Shown here: positions 18,840 through 27,696 of the stretch, piece by piece | How the letters are laid out: the number at the start of each line of letters is the position of its first letter | Numbering within the stretch: position 1 is the stretch's first letter | DNA from: an uncultured bacterium | GTDB taxonomy: Bacteria > Verrucomicrobiota > Verrucomicrobiia > Verrucomicrobiales > DEV007 | Reading direction: 5' to 3' | Assembly (NCBI GenBank): GCA_963977015.1 | Contig: CAXBMO010000010.1 | Span: 147,555-211,554, forward strand | Length of the DNA stretch: 64,000 nt | Made by a program: the position numbers and the translations under genes | The notes under the pieces: generated by a model | The model's database searches: none | What the model was told of the DNA's origin: nothing | The model's input: the letters and a program-made list of their open reading frames with translations, nothing else

Positions 18840-19793
18840 ATGAAAGCGATGAGGAATTGCAAAATCGCGTTGAAGCTTGGGAACCACCTGGGCCTGACGT
18901 TGTGGTTTTGTCTCGGCTCGTATGCTTTGGCTGAAAGCCGGTTGGATGCGCTCATGGATGCGTTTTCCGAGAAGCAATTGGATATCGCTCAACCCGCGCG
19001 GGAATTAGAGACAACTTATCGGCAGCACCTCCAGCGCTTTCGCGATGAATACCAAGCGAAAGGTGATCTCAAGGCTGTTTTGGCGATTGAGGAGGAATTA
19101 AAATCTCTGGGGGAATCCCGCCAGGTCAGCCTGTATCCGAACTTGGCAAAATTCCAGGAAGCGTTTGTTTTGCAATCTGCGAAACTGGAGGAAGAGGCGA
19201 AGTCCCGGTTGGCCGATCTCATGGCTTTTTATCGTTCCAACCTAACCCGTTTACAGATTGAGTTTACCCGAGCCGGACAGATTGAAGAGGCAAAACAAGT
19301 TTTGGCGGAATCCGAGCGCTCCGCGTTGATCGCCCGGGAATGGGAAGTGGCTCGAATGCTGCCTCCAAACGGCGAAGCGTTGCTCCTGCAGGCAGTTGAA
19401 GTGGAGAACCCTTTGGCGGAACCGGATCCAGATCGAACGACCTACATCATCGAATCGGACGGAACCAAGGGCGTGTTGAAGTTGACCTACCGGCACCCGC
19501 TTTTTGCCTCCAAAAACTACGAGGTATCTGACGCGATCCTCCAATTGCAGGTCGCGGAGGCAAGAGCCGCTGATACCTCTGAGACGATTCGAGTTTTGCT
19601 GGGCGATCGCGAAGTCGGGACTCAGGAAGGAGCCGACTTGGGAGCTTTGGTTGCCATCCCGTTGACCGGGTTTGAATCTGTAACCGAAGAATCCGTAATC
19701 CTGACCATTCAATGCGGCAGCAACGCCTTGATGCTGGACAAAGGCGTTGAAAACGCCCCGAAGCTCAGCATCAAATTCACGGCCAAACGCTAG
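18840..19793 (+). CDS. Hypothetical exported protein (helical N-part, beta-rich C-part)
   Basis: 317-aa ORF filling the gap, signal-like N-terminus, repeated (A/K)G(D/Q)(L/I)..A..(I/V)..E helices. Start is uncertain. Confidence 0.6.
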   Translation: MKAMRNCKIALKLGNHLGLTLWFCLGSYALAESRLDALMDAFSEKQLDIAQPARELETTYRQHLQRFRDEYQAKGDLKAVLAIEEELKSLGESRQVSLYPNLAKFQEAFVLQSAKLEEEAKSRLADLMAFYRSNLTRLQIEFTRAGQIEEAKQVLAESERSALIAREWEVARMLPPNGEALLLQAVEVENPLAEPDPDRTTYIIESDGTKGVLKLTYRHPLFASKNYEVSDAILQLQVAEARAADTSETIRVLLGDREVGTQEGADLGALVAIPLTGFESVTEESVILTIQCGSNALMLDKGVENAPKLSIKFTAKR

Positions 19794-20542
19794 GCCTTTT
19801 CTTCAATCGCTTCCTCATACCCATGCATCAGGTGAAGCGCGGGAATCCCCGAAAGCTTGCCGAGTTTGCGCAGGGTATAGACGAGAAGTCCGATGCTCAA
19901 AACCATGTAAGGAATTCCTATGACCGGAAACTGCAGAACCTGAAGTTTGCCGTATTCTTGTACTGCAGAAACTTCGTCAATTTTTGGATCGGATTGCAGA
20001 ATGTGGTTAGCCAATGCGAAATTTAAAAACCCTACAAACACTGACAATAATGCGTAAATTACCGAGACCTCAACCATCAATGGCCTTACACGACCAGTAT
20101 TTTCATTTTCCTTAAGACCCATTTCCAACTTTGGTTGGTCGATTACCTGAGGATTCAGCAATATTCGTTGAATCAGAGGTTTCTTTAGCCATGCAGTTGA
20201 GAGGGTAACGATTCCAACTAGCACAGGCATCCCACTTTCAATCCAAACAATAAGCTGAGTGTTGGCTTTCAAGAGTAAAATTGTGCCCTTTAAGAGAACG
20301 AGTAAAATCCCTAAAACAGAGAATATATTCACCTTTCTCTTTTGAAGGTAGTCGTGAATGCCAAAGCCGATTGGGAAAAGAAGAGCGAGAACAACAGCCC
20401 AAGTGGGACCAATTGCATAAAAGGGAGACCCCTCTGCTCCCGGAATCGGGCTCAGCTTCAACATGATAAGCGTTGGCAGAACGATGTTGAAAACAAGGTT
20501 CGGCCACGGATTTTCAGGCTTCTGGGGTGATGTGTCAGTCAC
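19790..20542 (-). CDS. VC0807-family / IspA-like inner membrane protein
   Basis: KPENPWPNLVFNIVLPTLIMLKLS...GPTWAVVLALLFPIGFG..D.....K.N.FS.LG; probable GTG start at 20542. Confidence 0.75.
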   Translation of the reverse strand: MTDTSPQKPENPWPNLVFNIVLPTLIMLKLSPIPGAEGSPFYAIGPTWAVVLALLFPIGFGIHDYLQKRKVNIFSVLGILLVLLKGTILLLKANTQLIVWIESGMPVLVGIVTLSTAWLKKPLIQRILLNPQVIDQPKLEMGLKENENTGRVRPLMVEVSVIYALLSVFVGFLNFALANHILQSDPKIDEVSAVQEYGKLQVLQFPVIGIPYMVLSIGLLVYTLRKLGKLSGIPALHLMHGYEEAIEEKA

Positions 20543-20770
20543 GGGCGGCGAACCTAGCACGTCGCATTGGCTGCACAACTCCAGCTATTGGGTTTTGCGA
20601 AGCCGCTACTGCGAATCGTGAGGGCCACCCGGCTCCATCCGATCTCTTTTCTGCGAACCTGGCGCGACGCTAACCGGGCCAACTCCCGGGAATCCATCAA
20701 ATTCCGACGACGATTAAGTGACGCGAAGATTGACAGAAGGCTCATCGCGAACAATTTCCGCTCCTGATCG

Positions 20771-22720
20771 ATGATTTCGCTGAACCATGTAGAAAAAGGC
20801 TTTGCCGGACGGACGCTCTTTACCGACGTCACACTCCAAGTGAATGTGGGGGACCGGATTGGGCTGGTGGGCCCAAACGGAGCGGGAAAATCGACGCTGT
20901 TTTCCCTGATCCTCGGCGAGGACACTCCAGATGCGGGAACGCTTTCGCGTGATCGTCATACAACGCTTGGGTTTTTGCCGCAGGAGAGTGCCCCGGTTGG
21001 CGACGAGACCGTCTTGGAAATCGCGACCGCCGTGAGTCACGAAATCGTCGAGCTTCGTGGGAAAATGGCCAGTGCGGAGTCGGAAGACGCAGTCGATTCC
21101 GACGACTACGCCGAAGTTCAATCGCGATTTGACGAACTGGGAGGTTATCACCTTGAGCCCAAGGCGAAGAAGATTCTTGGCGGGCTCGCCTTTCGGGAAA
21201 GCGACTTTGAGCGTCCGGTTCGAGAACTCAGTGGAGGTTGGGTCATGCGAGCTCATTTGGCGCGGTTGCTGGTTCAGGAGCCCGACTTGCTGATGCTCGA
21301 CGAGCCAACCAACCACCTGGATCTGCATTCGCTGCAATGGTTTCAGAACTATCTGAAGGGCTACCCGGGCGGAATCCTCATGATTTCTCACGACCGGGAG
21401 TTTCTGAATGATCTCTGTGATTCGATTGCCCACATTTTTGCCGGGCATCTTCACCACTACCGCGGCAACTATGATTCGTTTCTTCAGCAACGGAAGGAGC
21501 GGGAAGACCAAGCGTGGGCCGCGTATCGCAATCAGCAGGCGGAGATCAACAAGTTGGAAGACTTCGTTCGCCGGTTTCGCGCCAAAGCAAGCAAGGCTTC
21601 TCAGGCGCAAATGAAGCTGAAGCAGCTCGATAAGATTGTGCGGTTGGAACCTCCGGTTTCGGAAGAAAAAGCCGTGAAAATCAGCATTCCCCAGCCCACG
21701 AAAAGTGGGCGCAAGGTCGTGAATCTCACTGACATCCATCAGGCGTATGGTGAGAACAAGGTTTACGAAGGAATGGAGTTCGAGGCGGAACGGGGTGAGC
21801 GAATTGTGCTGGTTGGGCCGAATGGTGCCGGGAAATCGACCTTGTTGAAGATTCTCGCCGGCGAATTGGAGTTTCAGAAAGGTGAACGGAAACTGGGACT
21901 CAACGTCAGCGCCGGATACTTCGCCCAGTATCGGAGTCTGATGCTGGACGGTCGTCGCAGCGTCCTCGAAGAGGCCCTGGATACACCGGGCCGCGTCGCC
22001 ACCGAGAATGAAGTTCGCACCATGCTGGGCTGCTTCTTGTTCCGAAAAGACGACGTTTTCAAGAATGTCGGAGTGCTGAGTGGGGGAGAGAAGGGTCGCC
22101 TCGCTCTCGTCAAAATTCTCCTCAATCCGCCGAACCTGCTACTCATGGATGAGCCTACGACTCACCTCGACATGGCGAGTATCGACGCGTTGACGATGGC
22201 GCTGAAAGAGTTTGAGGGCACACTCATTTTCATCAGTCACGATGTCTACTTCATCCGCTCCATCGCGGAGACGGTGCTCCACATCGATCGCGGGACGCTG
22301 ACGCGCTATCACGGCGATTACGACTATTATCTCGAGAAGTCGGGGATCGATTCCGAAAGGGCGGCGCTTACCGCTGGGCAACCCGGTCAGGGCAAGTCGC
22401 AAGCGGCGAAGGTGAAATCTGGAGGCGAAGGCAGCGGCCGAAAGTCCAAGGAACAAAAACGCAAAGAGGCAGAGGAGCGTCAGAAAAAGGCGAAAGAGCG
22501 GAAGAAGGCTCAAGAGAAACTAAACCAGGTTGAAACGCGGGTTGCGACCTTGGAAGCCCGGCAAATTGAAATTGCTGAAAAGCTGGACGATCCCAGTCTG
22601 TATCAAAGTGATCCCAATGCGGTGGTTAGTCTCAACCGCGAGCTCGGCAAATTGGTCGAAGAATTGGAAGAGGCCAACGCACAGTGGGAGATGTTGGCGG
22701 AGGCGGTAGAGGCGGTTTAG
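20771..22720 (+). CDS. ABC-F family ATP-binding protein
   Basis: Two NBDs (GPNGAGKST twice; LSGG; LDEPTNHLD/MDEPTTHLD), no TM segments, C-terminal coiled coil. Confidence 0.95.
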   Translation: MISLNHVEKGFAGRTLFTDVTLQVNVGDRIGLVGPNGAGKSTLFSLILGEDTPDAGTLSRDRHTTLGFLPQESAPVGDETVLEIATAVSHEIVELRGKMASAESEDAVDSDDYAEVQSRFDELGGYHLEPKAKKILGGLAFRESDFERPVRELSGGWVMRAHLARLLVQEPDLLMLDEPTNHLDLHSLQWFQNYLKGYPGGILMISHDREFLNDLCDSIAHIFAGHLHHYRGNYDSFLQQRKEREDQAWAAYRNQQAEINKLEDFVRRFRAKASKASQAQMKLKQLDKIVRLEPPVSEEKAVKISIPQPTKSGRKVVNLTDIHQAYGENKVYEGMEFEAERGERIVLVGPNGAGKSTLLKILAGELEFQKGERKLGLNVSAGYFAQYRSLMLDGRRSVLEEALDTPGRVATENEVRTMLGCFLFRKDDVFKNVGVLSGGEKGRLALVKILLNPPNLLLMDEPTTHLDMASIDALTMALKEFEGTLIFISHDVYFIRSIAETVLHIDRGTLTRYHGDYDYYLEKSGIDSERAALTAGQPGQGKSQAAKVKSGGEGSGRKSKEQKRKEAEERQKKAKERKKAQEKLNQVETRVATLEARQIEIAEKLDDPSLYQSDPNAVVSLNRELGKLVEELEEANAQWEMLAEAVEAV

Positions 22721-22798
22721 CGTTCGTGACGAAGTTTTCTCTTTTCAAAGTGGAATCCGACTGATTAGGATTTCGCCAGCAAGAGTAGAAAACAGGTC

Positions 22799-24817
22799 AT
22801 GAAAGTATCGCTAGGCAGTTGGGTTCGTTACAAATTTGATAACTTCATGGCGAAGGGGATCGGGTCGATGCTTTTTGGGCTGGTCGTGATCTTCCTCGCG
22901 AGTCTGGGATTGATTGTCGCTCTACGTGCGATCGTCTTTTTTGGGTTTCAGCAGGGCGATGAGACGTTTCGAGGGCAGTACCAGAATGAAGCGTCCCATC
23001 TCACGGACGGCTCGGAAATGGATACTCATTTCTTCCATCACATCTACCTGACCTTCCTGCAGATGACAGATGGTGGAAACATGGCCCAGGATATTCTGGC
23101 TCATCCGGCTTACAAGGTGCCGGCAGTGATCGGAGGAATGGTGGGATTGGTTTTGATGTCAGCCCTTGTGGGTTTGATCACCACCTGGCTGATGGAGCGA
23201 ATGGCTCAATTGCGGAAGGGCACCTCGCAAGTCATTGAAAAACATCACTCCGTGATTTTGGGATGGGACCCGCAACGGGTGATCGAGATTTTGCGGGAAT
23301 TGATAGAAGCGAACGAAAGTGAAAAAGACGCGACGGTTTGTATTCTCGCCGAAGCGGACAAGGAGGAAATGGACGACTTTCTCGCATTCCGACTTCCCGC
23401 AGGCGAACGCGCAACCACCCGGATTGTGACGCGGTCAGGATCGATCTCATCGATTGCCAATCTCCAGGTCGCTTCGGTCGAAACCTGCAAGTCGGTCATC
23501 CTGCTCGCTTCCTGCAATCAGTCTGCGGCGGACCGGGACAAACAGTTGAGTGACGCGCGGGTTTTAAAGTCGATCCTTGCTCTGACAAATTGCGTTCCCT
23601 CCAGCAAAGGCACGGAACTCAATATCGTTGCTGAGGTGTTCGACCCGACTCAAAAGGCGATTATCGAACGGACCTGCCCGCATCCTGTTTCCGTGATCGA
23701 CGCCTGGGACATCCTTGCCAAGATCATCGTCCAAACGAGTCGCTCCGTTGGGCTGTCTGTGGTCTACGGCGAGATTCTCTCGTTCGAAGGTTGCGAGATG
23801 TATTTCTACAACAATCCCAAGTGGAAGGGAATGACGTTCGGGGACGTACAGTTTCATTTTCCCGATGGAGTTCCGCTGGGCGTTCGGAATACCGCTGGGG
23901 AGGTCCTGATCAACCCGGCTTCGAATCACGAGTTAAAGGGCGATGACGACTTGTTGATTGTTGCCAGCGACGACTCCGCGATTCAGTTCAAGAAGAAGCC
24001 GGTTGCCAAACCAGTCGAGTTGGAATTTGTCGAGTCCCGCATCGATCAGAAGATCGAGCGAGAACTGATCATTGGATGGAACCGGATGGCACCCATCATC
24101 ATTGAACAATACGCTGACTACGTGTTGGATGGTTCGGAGATTACCATCCTCATCGAGGATCCGCCTCACCAGGTCATCGGCGAAATTGACGTTCTGAGGC
24201 AATCGCATCCCGGCCTGAAGATTGACCTTGTGGATGGCGATCCCTTCGACATGGGAGTTTTGAATGGCGTCATGCCGCCCAACAAGAACAACATCATCAT
24301 TCTGAACAAGAGTGGTGAAAGCCGCGATGCCGAGCAGACGGATTCGGAGACGATAGTGATCCTGCTGATGCTGCGGGCGATCTTCGAGGAAGCGAAGTTG
24401 GATCCACTTCCAAGTTTGATTGCTGAAGTGGCGGATTCGCGGAATCAGAGTCTGGTGTCCAGCTCAGGAGTTAAAGATTTCATCATCAGCAACCGCCTTG
24501 TATCGATGTTGCTGGCACAGATCAGCGAGGAGGCGGATATCAAGTCGGTTTATGACAATCTCTTCGAGGAAGACGGTTCGGAGATCTATTTGAAGCCGCT
24601 CAGTCTCTACCAGAAGACGTTTGGAAAGAAACTGACCTTTGCCGATTGCATGTCACTCGCTCAGAAACGTGGCGAAGTTTGCATTGGTGTGAAGATCAAG
24701 TCTGAGGAGGAGAATGAAGATGCCAACTTTGGAGTTGAACTCATTCCGGACAAGAAAAAGCATTTTCATCTCGGGGCGGAAGACTGTCTGGTGGTCGTGG
24801 CTGAGGATGAGTGTTAA
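22799..24817 (+). CDS. CASTOR/POLLUX-like cation channel with RCK domains
   Basis: RYKFDNFMAKG, pore-like QMTDGGNMAQD, LRKGTSQVIEKHH..ILGW, LFEEDGSEIYLKP. Confidence 0.85.
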   Translation: MKVSLGSWVRYKFDNFMAKGIGSMLFGLVVIFLASLGLIVALRAIVFFGFQQGDETFRGQYQNEASHLTDGSEMDTHFFHHIYLTFLQMTDGGNMAQDILAHPAYKVPAVIGGMVGLVLMSALVGLITTWLMERMAQLRKGTSQVIEKHHSVILGWDPQRVIEILRELIEANESEKDATVCILAEADKEEMDDFLAFRLPAGERATTRIVTRSGSISSIANLQVASVETCKSVILLASCNQSAADRDKQLSDARVLKSILALTNCVPSSKGTELNIVAEVFDPTQKAIIERTCPHPVSVIDAWDILAKIIVQTSRSVGLSVVYGEILSFEGCEMYFYNNPKWKGMTFGDVQFHFPDGVPLGVRNTAGEVLINPASNHELKGDDDLLIVASDDSAIQFKKKPVAKPVELEFVESRIDQKIERELIIGWNRMAPIIIEQYADYVLDGSEITILIEDPPHQVIGEIDVLRQSHPGLKIDLVDGDPFDMGVLNGVMPPNKNNIIILNKSGESRDAEQTDSETIVILLMLRAIFEEAKLDPLPSLIAEVADSRNQSLVSSSGVKDFIISNRLVSMLLAQISEEADIKSVYDNLFEEDGSEIYLKPLSLYQKTFGKKLTFADCMSLAQKRGEVCIGVKIKSEEENEDANFGVELIPDKKKHFHLGAEDCLVVVAEDEC

Positions 24818-25659
24818 GCCTGGCGGAATGGCTTCAGGATCTCTTCCGTGTAATCCCAAAGCTGTTTGGCAACGCCTTGATCCTGGGCCAGATCCGACGG
24901 CGTCACCTTGATTCCCCGTTCGAAGTAGGTTCCCGTGGTCTGCGGCGTCAGGATGTCCTCGGAAATGGGACGTGCTCCTTCCTCGGGGGATAACCGGGAA
25001 TGGGCCGCCAGCTTCCAATAAGCGCGCATATACCAGGGGCCGTTGTTCCCCAAATTGGTGGCCACCTCTCCGGGGTGATGCGCATTGGCGGTAATGCCAG
25101 CGGAGGCGTGGCGCCTTGAAAACTCGAAGGTGTGAAGAATGTTGCAGAGCTTCTGGGTTCCATAGGCAATTCGGAAATCGAACTTTTGCTCTGCCTGAAG
25201 ATTTGCGAAATCGACCGTTTTTGCCCAGCGATGTGCGTTGGAAGCAACGTTGATGAGATGGGACGGCGCTCCGTTGCGAAGCGCCGGAGTCAATCGCTGG
25301 GTGAGAAGAAACGGTGCAAGATAGTTAACCGCAAACATGCGCTCCATGCCCTCATCCGTCAGTTTACGCTTGGCGGTAATGAGCGCAGCATTGTTGATGA
25401 GTCCCTGGATGGAGGGGAACTGTCTCTGTATGTTTGTCGCCAATGCCGCGACTTCCTCCATTGAGGAAAGATCGGCCAGGAAAGGGTGAATCTCAGGATT
25501 GGAGGTAGAATTGATCAGGTCATCCTGCGCACGTTGAGTCCGCTCCTCACTTCGCCCAACGATCACGACGCACGCGCCGGTGTTCGCCAGTTGACGAGCC
25601 ACCTCCAGGCCAATTCCGCCGGTTCCCCCGGTAACCACAAATGTGTGCCCTTTGTTCAT
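24814..25659 (-). CDS. SDR family oxidoreductase (retinol dehydrogenase-like)
   Basis: TGGTGGIG, LINNAA, YGTQK, HPG.V.T. Confidence 0.9.
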   Translation of the reverse strand: MNKGHTFVVTGGTGGIGLEVARQLANTGACVVIVGRSEERTQRAQDDLINSTSNPEIHPFLADLSSMEEVAALATNIQRQFPSIQGLINNAALITAKRKLTDEGMERMFAVNYLAPFLLTQRLTPALRNGAPSHLINVASNAHRWAKTVDFANLQAEQKFDFRIAYGTQKLCNILHTFEFSRRHASAGITANAHHPGEVATNLGNNGPWYMRAYWKLAAHSRLSPEEGARPISEDILTPQTTGTYFERGIKVTPSDLAQDQGVAKQLWDYTEEILKPFRQA

Positions 25660-26426
25660 TCGACCAAATCCGGGTAGAGCATTTCCGCAAAGCGTTTCCG
25701 GTTGAAGCGGTAAATCAGAGTCGGCATCGCCCAGGGGATGGTCGTTGCGAGGAAACGAAAAACCTTGCTCATCGCATCCGGATAGAGGTGCCTGCTTCTT
25801 CGATCCATACCCTTTAAAATTCGATCAGCGATGACGTCCGGGGGAATGCCCGCATCGGCATTCTCATTGCCATAATACTTCCGTAGATGTGCGGTTCGCA
25901 TTTGCCCCGGATAGACGAGGGTCACCGAGATTCCGCGATGCATCAGCCACGGTTCAATGGAATGTCCGAACGCTTCCAACGCAGCTTTGGACGCGGCGTA
26001 GGTCGCCGTTACCGGAATCGGAGTAAAGGCCGCGGCGCTGAGAACAAAGGCCAGGCGCCCCTTCTCCTGGAGCTTGTCCATCCCGAGCAATTGATGGAGC
26101 AGTCGCAAATGGCCCGTGAAATTGATGTCGATGACGGCTTGCTGCTTTTCCCAGGCGATTTCCGCGAAATTTCCAAAGGCACTGATTCCCGCGTTCATAA
26201 TGATGCGATCAAAGGGTGGTTCGTCATCCCAGGTCACCGTCAGCTCCTCAAACCTTGCGAGATCAAATTCCCGAAAACGGATAGCTTCGTGTTGGGCGAG
26301 TTCGGTTCCCTTTTCCTGATCCACATCCAAAACGAGGACCTCACAATCGCGGGCGGCATATCCAAGGGCCATTTCCCGGCCCAAGCCGTCGGCACCGCCT
26401 GTGATGAGAATCCGTTCGCGTGACAT
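25656..26426 (-). CDS. SDR family oxidoreductase
   Basis: TGGADGLG, NAG, YAASK; 4-nt overlap with the next SDR. Confidence 0.9.
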   Translation of the reverse strand: MSRERILITGGADGLGREMALGYAARDCEVLVLDVDQEKGTELAQHEAIRFREFDLARFEELTVTWDDEPPFDRIIMNAGISAFGNFAEIAWEKQQAVIDINFTGHLRLLHQLLGMDKLQEKGRLAFVLSAAAFTPIPVTATYAASKAALEAFGHSIEPWLMHRGISVTLVYPGQMRTAHLRKYYGNENADAGIPPDVIADRILKGMDRRSRHLYPDAMSKVFRFLATTIPWAMPTLIYRFNRKRFAEMLYPDLVE

Positions 26427-26432
26427 CGCGGT

Positions 26433-26461
26433 CGTCTAACACAGGCCAAACTTCCCCGCAA
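26433..26461 (-). promoter_or_regulatory. sigma70-type promoter, leaderless geometry
   Basis: TTGCGG-17nt-TAGACG-6nt-ATG(26426). Confidence 0.5.
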
Positions 26462-26517
26462 TGACCGGTTGACGTTCTGACCAAATTCTTTCAGGCTTGA
26501 TCGAACCCACCAACATC

Positions 26518-27042
26518 ATGAGCGATCCGACTCCCCCACTTACCCAGAATCCTTATCCCCCGAAAACCCCTGACTCCGGCAAAGGCGGGATGAGCACTGG
26601 TGCCAAAGTCGGTATTGGTTGTGGAGCGGGCTGCCTCGGGTTGGTCGTTATCTTGGCCATCGTCGGAGCGGTTTTTGCTCTGAAGGCAAAGAACTACGCG
26701 GAAGCATTCGATCAGGAATTTGCTGATCTAGGCATCACGGAAGTTGTTGAAGGTGATGAACTTCGCGTGACGACGGCTCCAACCGTAGCCACCTACTACA
26801 AGGGCAAAGCTGTGGTGCTCGACTTCGCAGATCCAGTTGTTGTGCCAATTGCCGCTGCCGCGACCGTGGTTCAGATTGGAGGCACTTTTGAGGAAAATGT
26901 TTACCTCCGGTCCATGGTTGCGATCGAAGTGGATCCAGATGCCCATTTCAAGAAGGAGCTGAATGTGAAGACCATCGCGATCAATAGCAACGGAGCCAAC
27001 TTTGAAGGTGGATTGACCGGGGAATACAAAACCAAGGAATAG
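26518..27042 (+). CDS. Hypothetical single-TM protein
   Basis: Pro-rich N-terminus, GIGCGAGCLGLVVILAIVGAVF TM, beta-rich C-domain. Confidence 0.7.
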   Translation: MSDPTPPLTQNPYPPKTPDSGKGGMSTGAKVGIGCGAGCLGLVVILAIVGAVFALKAKNYAEAFDQEFADLGITEVVEGDELRVTTAPTVATYYKGKAVVLDFADPVVVPIAAAATVVQIGGTFEENVYLRSMVAIEVDPDAHFKKELNVKTIAINSNGANFEGGLTGEYKTKE

Positions 27043-27061
27043 GCGGCGACTTGCTGCTGGC

Positions 27062-27090
27062 TTGACCGGAACCATTCGAAACGGCATGAT
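27062..27090 (+). promoter_or_regulatory. sigma70-type promoter, leaderless geometry
   Basis: TTGACC-17nt-CATGAT-6nt-ATG(27097). Confidence 0.6.
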
Positions 27091-27096
27091 CGGGGG

Positions 27097-27492
27097 ATGA
27101 ATACCTCCCCGGTTTTTCGCTCTCTGGCTGCTGCCTGCTTGTTGCTAACCGCATCGTTTCTGACTTCCGGGTGCGCCGTGGTCGCGGTCGGCGCAATTGT
27201 CGGAGCGGTGGCTTATCTCGAAGGTGAGCTGAAAGCAGAAGTGAATGGAGGCATCCACGAGGTTGTGGCTGCCACCAAATCCGCTGCTCGCGACCTACGG
27301 TTAAAGCCCTATAGCCAAACTGGCGATGAAAACGGAGCCACAATGATGGCGACACGAGCCGATGGAGAGCGGGTCGTCATTCGGTTGGTGCCACGACATT
27401 ACGGAACCACATTGGTCCGAATCCGGGCCGGTAGCATCGGAGACGAGGCCTACTCGCGAAAGGTTCTTCGTCAAATCGAGCGATACCTTTAG
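27097..27492 (+). CDS. DUF3568-family lipoprotein
   Basis: Lipobox LTSGC followed by AVVAVGA..GAVAY..GEL, C-terminal V.IR.G..GDE..SR. Confidence 0.8.
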   Translation: MNTSPVFRSLAAACLLLTASFLTSGCAVVAVGAIVGAVAYLEGELKAEVNGGIHEVVAATKSAARDLRLKPYSQTGDENGATMMATRADGERVVIRLVPRHYGTTLVRIRAGSIGDEAYSRKVLRQIERYL

Positions 27493-27696
27493 AGCAGTTC
27501 AAGTGAACCTGTAGCCAATGAAGGTGACGAGGATCAGGAAAGAGTGCGGCTTTGCCGAAGGAAGAGAGACAGCGGTATCTTTGGCCACCTGCAGCGTTCT
27601 TGATCGGTCGCAGAGCATGCTCTGCTCCCTCACAACGCCTTGCAGGAAGCCAAATCTTCTCGCTGCATTGGCTACACTTTCCCTTCAAATGCTCTA
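27490..27696. mobile_element. Putative MITE (non-autonomous element) with ~31-bp terminal inverted repeats and TA ends
   Basis: 27490-27520 TAGAGCAGTTCAAGTGAACCTGTAGCCAATG vs reverse complement of 27666-27696 TAGAGCATTTGAAGGGAAAGTGTAGCCAATG (26/31 identical). Internal perfect palindrome GCAGAGCATGCTCTGC at 27610-27625. No credible ORF. Confidence 0.75.
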
